DNA of 64,000 nucleotides from Syncephalis fuscata S228 (taxonomy: Eukaryota; Fungi; Zoopagomycota): NCBI GenBank assembly GCA_025786725.1, contig JAHLTZ010000008.1, forward strand, positions 124,001-188,000, given 5' to 3'. Made by a program: the position numbers and the translations under genes. This document shows, piece by piece, positions 51,665 to 64,000 of this stretch (position 1 is the stretch's first letter; each line of letters starts with the position of its first letter). The notes beneath the pieces were generated by a model. The model was not told the DNA's origin. It saw only the letters and a list, made by a program, of their open reading frames with translations, and did not search any database.

Positions 51665-53424
51665 TTACATCATAAATGTAATGTTCATATCCATTGGATG
51701 GCCGGTTGAAAGCTGAGGTATTTGCGTAAATTGGCCCTTCATTTTTCGACGAAGATTCTTTAATAGCTCAGTATAAGTTTGTTCGTTATTTTCCGATAAT
51801 GTAGCAATCAACGCTGTGGAAAGTGCCCCTGTTGCCTGTTCCAACTCGTGAAAATCGGCGGCCGTCTATCAGTAATGTTACTTAATTTGCTTAATATAAA
51901 AATAAATATTAGCTAGTTACCTGGTCATCACGACATCCACTAAACATGATTACATCGGCCAACGATGTTTTAGTTTGCTCAGTTTTTCGCTGTGCATCCA
52001 TATTGTCTCCCTTTTTCCGTAATAGTTTTAATCCTTCCATAAGCTGGCCTACCGCATACACAGCATTTCCTAATTATAGTATTGTCATAATCATTGATGC
52101 TGCTAATGGTTGCGCTATAGTAGCTTACGTTGCTTTAAACCACGTGCCATTTCCACAAATGCTTTGGCTGCATCTTTTCGGTAAGATTGCGTGCATAGCT
52201 GTATTTCGCCATCGCATTGATAAACATATGGCAAATCCAATGCTGTTCCGCTGTGACAACAATCAAAAACTGCCGTTAACCGCACGCCTGGTTGCAGTGG
52301 ACGAACAAGAATATCGTGCAGCATCTAAATACAAGCATGAGTCTGTTTATTATTACAACGTATTCAATCACTTACATCATCAACAATGACGCCACTCTCC
52401 CGATAATCCATCGGACAAATTGCTTCATCAAATCCATCAGCCTCATCACCATCTTTAAACTTTTGTTAGATCATAACCTATCTATTTAGAAATAAAACCA
52501 TTACAATTACCTTCATCTACAACGGACACGCCATGACCGGAAAAGTGGAAAAATAGCGAGTCGCCAGGCACGGCATCATGGACTAGCCAATGCATTGCTC
52601 CGATAATACATTCAGCTGTTGGCAAATAGTCAGGATCGTCCTGATCATCTGTCAGCATTAGCATATTCTCTTCTTGAAATCCAAATCTCGATAGAATAAA
52701 CGCCGCCATGTTGTGACAGTCATTAATGCAGCCTATAGCAAAATGATAATGAGCCAAGCATAGTGCCATGCATGCAACGCTGTTCTTACCTTTTAATTCA
52801 TTATTCTGTCCAGTATAGTTGCAGCCAATAAACAAGGCCTTACGACGCCCTCTACCATTTGTCATCTGTTAAATGTAATTATGTGCGTTGAATCAGCACC
52901 TACTGGCAATCGGAAAGTAAGAATTCGTCCTCTGATCCGGGCACCTGAATTCGTCGTGTACCACCAAATCTGTTTCTTTTTGGATAACGATCTTGTTTCC
53001 AGCTTGTAGGCGGTACTATATCTGCTGGATTACCTTGATATACCTCATCTGTAATGCCATCTATAGTGTCATCGCCAGCTGGTTGTTGTACATTTGGTAC
53101 TATTATGATATCTTCATCAAGTGTTGCCAAATCAATTGTGGGCTCGGTAGGAACACTGGCTATTGCTTCTAAATCTTCAGTTTCATTTTTTGTCTCTTTT
53201 GGCTGGCTGGCTTCTTGATGGGATACATTGCCACTTGCCAATATACTATCTTCACCAACTATACCAGCACCCGTTTGTTCCAGCTCAATTTCTCGGCTTG
53301 TTTTGGTTTGCAGCCCCAAACGACACATAAGGCCCTCCAAGTGACTGGACGAACCCTTGGACGGTGCATTTCTACGGTGTAACTTCAGCGGCTTGCCAGA
53401 CTTTTCAAGTGTTCCAGTCGACAT
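51665..53424 (-). CDS. Metacaspase (type I), paralogue 1
   Basis: [34 protein letters not shown] and [12 protein letters not shown]. Confidence 0.95.
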
Positions 53425-54108
53425 GAGCAATGCTGCTACAGTTACAGGTATATAACTTGAAATAAAACACAATGACTATAGCGTTCTCTTGAGTAATGAG
53501 GCTGGGTAATATTTGTACAGCACTAAGGTGCAGTGCTAGTTAAATAGATAATACTAGGATAAGACTATAAAACTGAAAGAAAAATAACTTGAGAATAAGA
53601 GGTGTTATTGCAAGTGCATGTGCTGCTTAATAAAAGCGTGCTTTTAGTAATCCACATGTAAAGACGACATTCGTAATTGAAAATCACTGTGACCATCACA
53701 GCGTTGGCTTGTGATCCAAGGCGATAGTCATAGTAATAGTGCCTATATTTATTCATGAATAGTTTGATACATTTAAATTACTTTGTTTTAATTGCAACTA
53801 CATACTGCAGATAAATTTTTAATATTTTATATAGTTGTTTGGTTTATCATACTCTACTGGCCATAAAACTAAGCAGTATAAACTACTTTGATAGTTGCTA
53901 AAATATATTTGTATAGATCTAAGAAACAAATAACTAAAGCTTGTTTAATCTTTTTAAACTGCGTAAATCTAATAGATAAATAACTATATTAATCAGTGCT
54001 AAAGGTTCAATTAAGATGAAATGACAATAAATGTTTTATTTCAATAGCTCAACAAGCGCGTATTATAATGCTATGAATTATATTATGCTGATGACAATTA
54101 TATTATCA

Positions 54109-55680
54109 TTATTTCTTTGACTTTAGAATGTTACTAGTAGAGATCCAGGATGCTTCTCCTTCATTACGGGCTGGAGTGATATTAAGCAAGCGGGCAATCA
54201 AGTTATAAAGTTGAACGTTGGGAAATCCTGCCACTTTAACTCCTTTACTGGCGTTAATTTCTGGTCCACGGGCCAAGAATGAGGCACGCATTTCTACTTC
54301 GGCGTTATTGTAGCCGTGTGTGCCTTTGCCAATATCGGTGTTGGTACCGGTGACAAATACCCAGCCCTAAGAGGTTGCTATTAGTATTTACCATCTTTTT
54401 AAATTATTATGATATTACAACTTACAGATTTTGGAATGCAAACAATGGATCCAATACGAACTTATTGGAGAAATGGTATTCTTTTGGCACATTATTGCGG
54501 AGGTAGACATTAAATTCCATTTTCTTACTAGCCTCGAGTAGTGTTTGATAAAGAGGAATGATATCGCTATCAGAGTGAGGCGTCAATAGAGCCAATGGAT
54601 AACCGTGATTGCCCGAAATCTTATTCATATCGATGATTTTGTCGAGGCTAATAGCCCGCTTCTCGCTTACTTCGGTCATGCCATGGTCGCTGACTACTAC
54701 AACGTTGACAATGTCCAAAGATTTCTCTTTTAATCCAGCAAATAATCTGTCCATCATAGCATCAACTTCTGCTAATGCGACATTAACCTATGATAATGAT
54801 AACGATGTTAATTAAGCGTCATTTTCTAGTTTCGTCATCTTACCTCTTTTGAATTTGGGCCATAATTATGGCCTTGTGTATCAACATTTGCTACATAAGT
54901 ATTAATTAATTGAGGTCGTTTGTCTTTAGGCATATCTAGCCATTCTAAGATTCGGTCGGCTTTTTGCGGTAGAGTTACTTTGCTATCGAACAAATCAAGA
55001 TAGGTTGGACGACCACCGGCAATAACTGACGAAGATCCAGGCCACATGTGTACGGCCGAGCGCAGTCCTTGTTTAACAGCAGTCACCCAGATCTATTGTA
55101 ATCGTTTGTCAGTAAGTATACGGTTTGTTACTACTCTAGTTGCTACTTACTGGCTCGCCACCCCACCACTTGCTGTCTTGGCTATGCTTTGGGTCTTTAT
55201 AATTGAATGTTTCTTTGGTTACTGGGTCGTAGAATGTGTTGCTGACAATGCCGTGGGATTGTGGGTAGAGGCCTGTCACCAGTGTATAGTGATTGGCAAA
55301 CGTGGTTGACTAGCAGAAAATAGCATTACCAAAAATGTAAGTATAATGCCTGTCACTAAATTGCTTCTTTAACTTACCGGGAACGATGGTGTCATGTACT
55401 CTGCACGTACGCCGTCTTTAGCCATCGACGCTAGTATCGGAGTAAGAGAACGATCCAAGTAATCTGCTCGCATTCCATCGATCGAGATCATAATAACCGT
55501 CTGGGAAAACGAGTCGGTGCCATTACTTCGGGTGTATTGAGGCCCTGACACACCAAGTCTTTGAGAGGTGGGCGGCGAAGCATCACGAATGTTAGCCAAG
55601 GAAGGTGCGGAAAGATTAGCGATAAATCCCACGACAAATAATAGTCCGGAAATGCTATAATGGTTGTATTGTTGCTTCAT
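54109..55680 (-). CDS. Secreted nucleotide pyrophosphatase/phosphodiesterase (NPP/ENPP)
   Basis: Signal peptide, [41 protein letters not shown] and GTHGYNN. Confidence 0.93.
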
Positions 55681-56144
55681 TTTTATCTATAGCAATTGAT
55701 TAGTAGACCATAATAGTGATTGATATTTTACACATACTGCGTTATATAATTTGGATGAATCAAATAAAAAAATGTAATTGTGGCGCAGCCAAGTAAAAGT
55801 TAAAGTGATAAAACGTTAATCAAAATCACACAAACTAATGTTGATTTTATAGGGCTAGAGATGCTAATGAGAGCGCTTGAAGACAAACGAGATACTGATA
55901 GAAATTCTATTGTGCATCAAACCGGGCCTATTTTATAGTTACAGGCGACCCGGTATCTGAGGTCATTTACTACAATTTATAACATTGTTTCATGCTATAC
56001 TTGTTCAGTAATCAAATATATACATTCGTATAAATAAAAAGTACACTATACTTTTCATCAAAATAGATAGCAGTAACTGATGTGCTTTAATGTACATTAG
56101 CAAAAAAATAAATATAATTATTACTATATAATGTTTTAATTGTT

Positions 56145-56215
56145 AATGTCTAATAGTCTAATTGTTTAATAGTCTAGTTGTCTAATTGTTTAGTTGTTTA
56201 ATTGTTTAACTGTTT
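56145..56215. repeat. Degenerate 8-bp tandem repeat (ttgtYtaR)
   Basis: About eight imperfect units read directly. Confidence 0.75.
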
Positions 56216-57201
56216 TTTAAATGAGCTTTAGATGAGTTTGAAACTACAGGACGCACTTACCAAAACGTGTCAACGCGCAGGTACTTCATTAAGCAATGTA
56301 TTTTTGCCTTGTAAAATCAAATTACACGAAACTTAAAGATTAGGCTGAGTTGTTTGTATTAGTAATAATTATCATGTTTTATGTTGGATGGCTGGCATGT
56401 ACAAATGCGAAATGCAGGAAAGTATATTTTATTTTATACACATTTAACGATGCTTTAATCGTTTACAGCAATAGCATTTGAAATAAAAATCGGTTATGGA
56501 TAAATCCAAATGCTAAATATTAATTACGTTTACACGTGTTACTCCGTGTTTTACCAACATCGGGCTGCCATTATCGTCACATTTCTCACGCTGTTTCAAC
56601 GCAAGTTTATTCTAGGCACCGATAGATGCACCGTAATGGTTAGTCGCCTCTACTGTTTGTACTAGTGCTTATTTCAATTTCACGTGTAACATCCAAGAAC
56701 CAAATACTTGCCTATTGGTAGAGAAATAGAATATCACCCTGAACTATTTAGCACGAGCAATCAGTACGATGCAATAATACGCAGCCTTCCAATTGAATAT
56801 TGGTTTTTTATCGATGTTGCGTTACTTCAATGCGCGCTAGATCAAACACAATATAAGAAGAACATTAACGACCAAACCAGCCATTTGTCTACTACAGCAG
56901 TACTTGATGTTTCAAGTACCAGACTTGATCTATTTTCTACACTTGACTATACCAAGCATAACGTAAATCTATAAAACATCATTGTCATTGATTTCTGTTA
57001 CAAGGTTTTATTAATTTTTTCGATATTATAATTTATAATGAAACTTCAATTAACAGTGTTTTGAAAACATTAAACATGATTAGTAAATGTTTGTCACTTT
57101 TATCTACACAGCTAATAAATATTTCACAAAAACTGTGTAAGATACCGTACAGCTATTTAAAAAACCGAAATTGCTTTATTCATGTTATTAACCAAAACCG
57201 G

Positions 57202-59311
57202 TTACATGATAAATTCTGTTTCCATGTCCATTGGACGACCTGTGGACATTTGCGGTATTTGAGTATATTTTCCTTTAAGCTCGTTACGCAGCTTGTACAA
57301 CAGATCGGTGTAGTTAATACGTGGGTTTTCTTTCAGCACTTTAATAAGGGCGTGAGACATAGCACCGGTCGCCTTGCTATCAATGGTAGCATCGGCCGAG
57401 GTCTGGTCATCACGGCAACCAGAGAACTGAATAACATCAGCATCACTACGGCGCATCTGCTCCGTACGCTTCTGAGCTTCAGCATCATCACCTGGCTTCT
57501 TGAACAAGCGAAAACCTTCCTTCAACTGAGAAATAGTACTACCCACATCACCTAGATCAATCAAAAAATACGATGATTATTAAATAGTATTAAATATATC
57601 ATTATTGTTATTGTTACCTTGTCTGAGACTCATACCGGCGTGTAGAATAGCCATGGCCACTTCTTTATGATGGTTATCTGTAATAACTTCAATTTCACCA
57701 TCACATTTGTAGGTGAAAGGCAGATCAAGAATGGTACCACTATGACAACAATCAAAAACGGATGTCAATCTTACACCTGGTTTCAAAGGCTTGACAAGTA
57801 TTTCATGAAGTTCCTACAAAAATCACTATTAGTAAATGAACACACTTGTAATAACAAATCATCTTACATCATCGACAATCATACCGCCTTTTCATAATCA
57901 AGTGGCACTAGAGTTTCATCTTGGCCGTCCTTTTCGTCTCCATCTAGAATTACGGCAATTATAATTAAATAATGATGATTAGTACGGGTCGGCACTTGTC
58001 ATTTCAATGATTATTCTTCGCCCCAGCATTACATAGCATATTGACAATCATACGCGCGCGCAATCCATACTAGCTTGGTGGTCAGTAGATAGACCGTAGT
58101 CTTTAAATAGTAACTTACTTCCACGCATGGTTAATTTCATACCTAGATCTTCCGTCGTGGCACCGTGTCCTAATAAATCAATTATCCATAACAGTTATTG
58201 TCTATTTCTTATCTCATCAATAGCTATTTAGTCCTATTACCAGAATAATGCAAAAATAGTGAATCGCCAGGTTGAGCATCCCGAACAAGCCAATGCATTG
58301 CATTAGTAATATTGCTGCGAGTAGGCAGATACTTGGCATCTTCTTGATCATCTGTTAACTGAACACAGTGGTCGGATTTGAGTCCATAGTTTTCTTGTAA
58401 GAATTGACGGATATTATGTACATCATTGATACAGCCTATTATTGATACATTAGTATGGATATTGATACATTACCTCTATATCCGTTATTGTTATTATGAT
58501 TGTTGTCTTACCATTTAATGCTGCATTAGTACCGGTATAATTAATACCGATAAACAAAGCCTTTTTATTACCGCTATTATGAATAGCGTCGTTAATGCCA
58601 TTGATATTGTTAATATTAGCAATATTAAGCTATTTACCGGCAATCTGAGCTATAAAGCTTATTGTTGGATCCAGGAATATTCTGAACAATAGTGCTACCG
58701 CTATTCATCTTAGGTGGTTCTGCGTATTGACTACTATTTTTGCCTGATGAAGCAGAAGTGGAAACGTGTGGTGCATTCGAAAAGTTTGGATGGTCATGAC
58801 CATGATGATCTACCGTATGATCTTGTTCTTGGTCGTCATCGCGGCGATGGCGTCCGTCATTACGTCTATCATCGCGGCGGTCATCATCTCGACGATAATT
58901 GCCGTGGCGGTCATCATCATTACGCCTATCGTCACGTCGATTGTCGTGAGAAGTTGAATGAGACGATGAAGAGTAGCTGGTAGTCGTTGTTGTTTGCTGT
59001 CCGTGTCCACCAGAGGAACTTGAATAGTGCTCTTGGCGCTCTTGGCGTTCATATCGACCTTGATCATCTTGTCGTTCATAGCGCTCTGTACGTCCATGAT
59101 TGCCACGGCCATCATCATATCGCTCCTCTTCATACCGACGTCCTGAATCTTCTTCTCGACGATAGCTGCTACTGCCACCGCCATTGTTATTGTTGTTGTT
59201 GCTGTTATTGCTGTTATTGTTATTGTCGCCACCGGACATGGCAGACTGCAGCTGCTCTTTAATGGCAATAGTTGCCTTTTCCTTAAATTGGTCGGCCAAT
59301 CCCTTAAACAT
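57202..59311 (-). CDS. Metacaspase (type I), paralogue 2
   Basis: [45 protein letters not shown] and QIPQMSTGRPMD, with a low-complexity N-terminus. Confidence 0.95.
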
Positions 59312-59737
59312 TGTGGCAATACAAGTGTAAAACAATAACAACAGCTGTAATAAACAAGTGGCTGGCCAGTAGTTACAGGAAGAACAGCTTGATGGTGTGT
59401 GAGTAGAATTGAACAAAACGGAATTTGAATAACCTGCTGAGAAAAAGTATTGTATACCAGCACACTCTGTACCATCGCAATCCTTCGGTTATAAATACGT
59501 CATCTCAGTAAAATGGATGCCGTGTTCTCCGATGAATTGGGGTGCACTGTGTCCTCCTCCTTTTCCCTGCTCACTTCAATCTTGTCATCATCTATAAACG
59601 GTGAAGGTGGTTACGCAGTAGCATCCTTGGATCCTCGTAAATCCATTAATGCATCGATGCAGCAATATACAAATAGAAGTGTATAACTATATTTATTCAT
59701 AGGTAGAATAAAATTGGAATTGTCATTGAGCCGATGG

Positions 59738-61824
59738 CTATTGCTTGATAAGCGATTGGCCGGTCATTGCCTCGGGAATAGGTAGACCCATAACTTGAAG
59801 AATAGTAGGCGCGACATCGCACAAGGCACCATTACAATTGGGTACAAATTCATGTTGCTTTGATGTCATAACAAATGGCACTAGTAAACATAATAAATTG
59901 CTTATTAGTATTAGTTATCTATTCATATTGGTGGTATTCTTGATCTTACCTGGTGAAGTAGTGTGTGCCGTATGTGGCTGTCCATTATCGCCGATCATCT
60001 TTTCGGCATTGCCATGATCAGCCGTAACAAAGAGCGTGTAGCCGTGTTTTTGACACGCTTCAAAAATAACACCGATGGCCGCATCTAATACGTATGCCAA
60101 GCAGTAAGTACAACAAACGTGCTATCGTTTATTACCGGTTTCTTACCAGTTGCTTCGACGCCCAAGATAGCCTTGTCGTACTGACCGGTATGTCCGACCA
60201 TATCGGGAGGAGCAAAGTTGCACATAACAAATGGATATTTGCCACTAGCTACAGTCTCGGCAACCTACAAGCCGTTAATAGTATAGTTAGTAACAATCAA
60301 TCTATCATTGGCCGAATCTACCTTATCACCGACTTCCTTGGCACTCATCTCTGGTTTAAGGTCGTAGGTAGCCACTTTGGGCGAGGCAATAAGTCCGCGT
60401 TCTTCACCGTCAAACTGCGCTTCCGTTCCTCCGTTAAAGAAGAAGGTAACATGGGCGTATTTCTCCGTTTCTACAATTGGTTGGTTATTTATAGATTAAT
60501 ATAGAGTCAAAATAGCTGCAATACTATTTAATTACCTGCAATATGGCATTGTGGTACTTTTCCTTTGAAAGCCACTCGGCCAATACATTATCCATCGTTT
60601 GGGGTGGGAATGCAACGTGGAATGGATAGTCTGCCTTATATTGCGTAAATGTCGTAATATCCAGATCTTTTGGTATAGTCGTTTCAAATGGCGTTGGTGG
60701 TACGCCAAATGCTTGGGTAATTTGACGCATACGATCAGCACGGAAATCAAAGAAGAATAGCGTATCGCCATCTAGACACATTATACGTAAATAACTTTGT
60801 TGTACTCTATAGGCAACCTACCTTGAACAAGACCAGATTCATCGACAATAATGGGCTTTAAGAATTCATCAGTTTCATTTTGAGCATAACGAGCTTCAAT
60901 TGTCTATAATGATAATAAGCATTAGCTATTAATAAACCTATGCTACTTAAATAAATACCGACCGCAATAGGATCAGTCGTTTTCTCTCCTTTGCCATTGA
61001 TAATGCCTTCAGTAGCTAGTTGAATGCGCTCCCAACGACGGTCACGGTCCATGGCGTAGTAGCGACCAGTAATGGTGGCCAATTTACCGTACTGGATACT
61101 ATGCATATGTTCTTGCAATTCCTTCAAATAGGTAACTAAGAATCGATGGCACTATGTATTAGCATGTATAGCTACTATGGTCGGTAAAAGAGTAGAGCTT
61201 ACTTGCAGAGCGTGGTGCAGTATCACGGCCATCGCCAAAAAAGTGAACATAGACCTGTGGGACACAAGCAGTCTTTGCGCATCGAGTAGTCCAAGTAGAT
61301 GTTTAATATGACTATGAACACCACCATCGGAGACCTGTTCCATGGTTAGCACTGGCTATTCATCTACTATGCACACAGTGCTAACTTACTAGGCCGAGGA
61401 AGTGCAAACGGCCATTGCCAGACTTTGCCCGTTCAAATGAACGATTGATATTTTTGAGCTGGCCAAACTCGTTATTTCTCAATGCTAGATCGATACGGAC
61501 AATATCCTGTAGAAAGAGAAAGGAACATGTGCGTATACACACTTGAGTAGACATATACTGGTCTAGATCACATACCACCTACCTGGTAAACGACACGACC
61601 TGCTCCAATGTTGAGATGACCAACCTCCGAATTGCCCATAAGGCCGTCGGAAGACCAACGGCTAAACCGTGAGCGTCTAGCTTTGTAAAGGGCCAGCTAC
61701 GCTCAAAGCCATCCATGACAGGTGTGTTGGCATTCCGAATTGCGTCGCCTGTCGGATCTGGATTGGCTGAGATGCCCCAACCGTCGATAGCGACAAGACA
61801 TACAGGCTGTTTAACACTGGCCAT
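59738..61824 (-). CDS. gpmI: 2,3-bisphosphoglycerate-independent phosphoglycerate mutase
   Basis: [49 protein letters not shown] and TADHGNAE. Confidence 0.96.
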
Positions 61825-63091
61825 TACTGCTTAAAAGACAAATGAAGCGCGTTAGATCGAATACTACGGTAAAAGTAGAAAACTAAAAGTACGTGTGGAT
61901 AGGCAACGAACACAGCAATCAATTAATTAGTAAGTAATTAATTAATTAGAACTGATAGTTCGTTATCGATCAATGATAACGACTATAACAATTATAGTGA
62001 TGACGTATCACATCATCATCATCCATAACTATTTGGCTGTTTTAATACATTCACTATTTACTAACAACACGTTCTATGATGATGAGTATTTTGGTGCCAA
62101 ATAACTTTTATTCTTTTAATTAATCTTTTATTATATTCGCTATTATACTGAATATATGTTCTATGATAATGAGTAGTTTTAGTATTAAATGATGTTGTTG
62201 TTTTAATTTAAATACAATCTACGTCATCATTCTTTCCCTTTCTCTTTCTTCACGCTTAATAGTATATATTCATAGCATATACTTGTACACACCATATATG
62301 CTACATAGATAGGGTAAGTAGTTAGCTGACTACTATTCAAGTACAAACACCTTTTACACTACGTCCTTGCATTGCTTTTTTGTAATCTTAAATTTTTATA
62401 AATAATATTATACTAATGAACAATGTTAATCTGCATTATTGTCGCAGCTATATAGCATTTAAAACGTTGTATTTTAATGACTAATGTCACTCACTGCCTA
62501 GTTCATGTTTAATGAAACAAATTTTTAGTTTAATACAATAAGTATTACTAAACTTAGTCATTTGATCTCTCTCCCCCTCAAGTTATGCTATAGTAATAAT
62601 AAATTGCTCATAAAAACAGTTTAAATTAATAATGTTAAAATGAATAATTTAGGTGTAATTGTATTGAATATAACTGTTTGCAATAAATCTGTAAATGTGC
62701 ATGTATAATACCATTGTTGTGTTATAGATTGCAATGCCATATTTTGTTTGTCATTGATATAAGATGGCACGCAGAATGTAATAAATGTAGAAAAAACAAC
62801 CTGACATTTCAAATTGCAAGAATATTGGGATACAGAGATAAATATGTATAGTTTAAAGATAGAACAATACTTTTAAAAAGAAGTTATAAGAACAGACGGT
62901 TATGGTGTCAAATTTTTGTGCGAAAAACAAAGCGACAACATTTGATTAAACTAGCACCATTACAAAGAAGAATTCAAGACATACATAGTCGAGTAAAAAG
63001 GTATCAATGGGATTTATAAAATAATGCCTACTGGTATGTAAAATATGCTTTTAATGAGTCTACCAATAAACAGTAATGCTTGTAAACATAT

Positions 63092-63389
63092 TGTTATTAT
63101 TCTAATATTCTAGACAGGGTCTTGTAAAATATGGCCTAAAACATATTGTGCAATTAAGCAACATATTAAAATTAGATATGAAAGATCGTAACAATAACAC
63201 ATGTATATATATTAGATATTAGCACTAATTACTAGTAACAAACGATTATCACGAAGACACAATGACTAATTATTTGTTGTTTGTAAATATATTATTAATA
63301 AATATCAGAACTTAACACTACAGGAAAAATTCAAAATAATATATTGCTTGGTCATTTAAGTTGTAATTTCTTTAATTAGAAACGTAGCG
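63092..63389 (-). mobile_element. Older, internally deleted solo LTR of the same family
   Basis: Shares gacagggtcttgtaaaa and ttgcttggtcat..aagttg with the other copies. Flanked by a perfect ATAT/ATAT duplication. Confidence 0.65.
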
Positions 63390-64000
63390 ATATACATTTT
63401 TATATAGGAGTTTCAAAACATAACGGAGGAATTTATCATTGTGCGATTTAAATTTAAAACCGTTTATTTTTAAAAAAAGTAAATCGTGTTTCAAGCAATT
63501 TGCTTTGCCTTGAAACGCCGTTTGCTTCAGTTTACTGTAAAGAAGGTGAAATTGTTATAAACTAATATTCGCTATGGCCTACATGTAAAGTAGATCTCAA
63601 CGGTGCTAATTGAGCTGTCTATTCCTTATTAACATAGATAAAAGCGTCTGTCTATCTATTCTATTGGATACAGCAATAGCGAAAAAGTCGAGCCCCTTTG
63701 CACATCATACATAAGATTTTAAAAATAGCTTTTAATTAATAGGAGCATTAGAATGCCGAAAAATAGCCAGGCAATCTACGGAAGTGGATAAAGTTGCGCA
63801 CAGACAGGCTACAAGGTAATATTGTAGACTATTGGTTAAATACCAGTAAACATTGACATTTGCAGCCAAGCACACTACACGATCCTGCTGAGAATTGGAC
63901 TTGAGTTACTGCATTCCACTTTGCTTGTGTAACATCATTTTGCGTCGGCGCAGAACATGCCCCCATTAAATGTACTGAGCGGATTGGCTTGCATGCCTAT

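Noticed and set aside
58714-59475. Overlapping alternative-frame and antisense ORFs in the metacaspase N-terminus (similarly 748-1098 and 21157-21543)
   Set aside because: These are shadow ORFs of GC-richer, low-complexity coding sequence.

Overview
This is AT-rich eukaryotic DNA with short GT-AG introns (about 50-70 nt). Gene content and intron style suggest an early-diverging fungus, possibly Zoopagomycota such as Syncephalis (inference only). Many 1-bp indels break even essential genes, so the consensus looks unpolished. Housekeeping genes flank the window: a PP2C-like phosphatase and NAT10/KRE33 on the left, and a myo-inositol transporter, FAM210/DUF1279, two metacaspases, an NPP and iPGM on the right. 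The middle (about 7.9-46.7 kb) is a rearranged accessory region with five components. (1) An 8-kb block with three small secreted-protein genes and an OPT transporter is present twice. (2) A solo-LTR family has four copies. (3) A decayed Mutator-like TIR element occurs once compact (41.7-43.1 kb) and once split, with its arms and two direct LTRs enclosing about 15.6 kb of host genes. (4) A ~50-bp imperfect palindrome marks the ends of the 8-kb blocks and of the TIR element. (5) An F-box pseudogene is duplicated in inverted orientation. Seven loci (four paralogues) encode an apparently unnamed secreted two-cysteine protein family that shares an intron position and an IPG...FxPxxQxxC motif.
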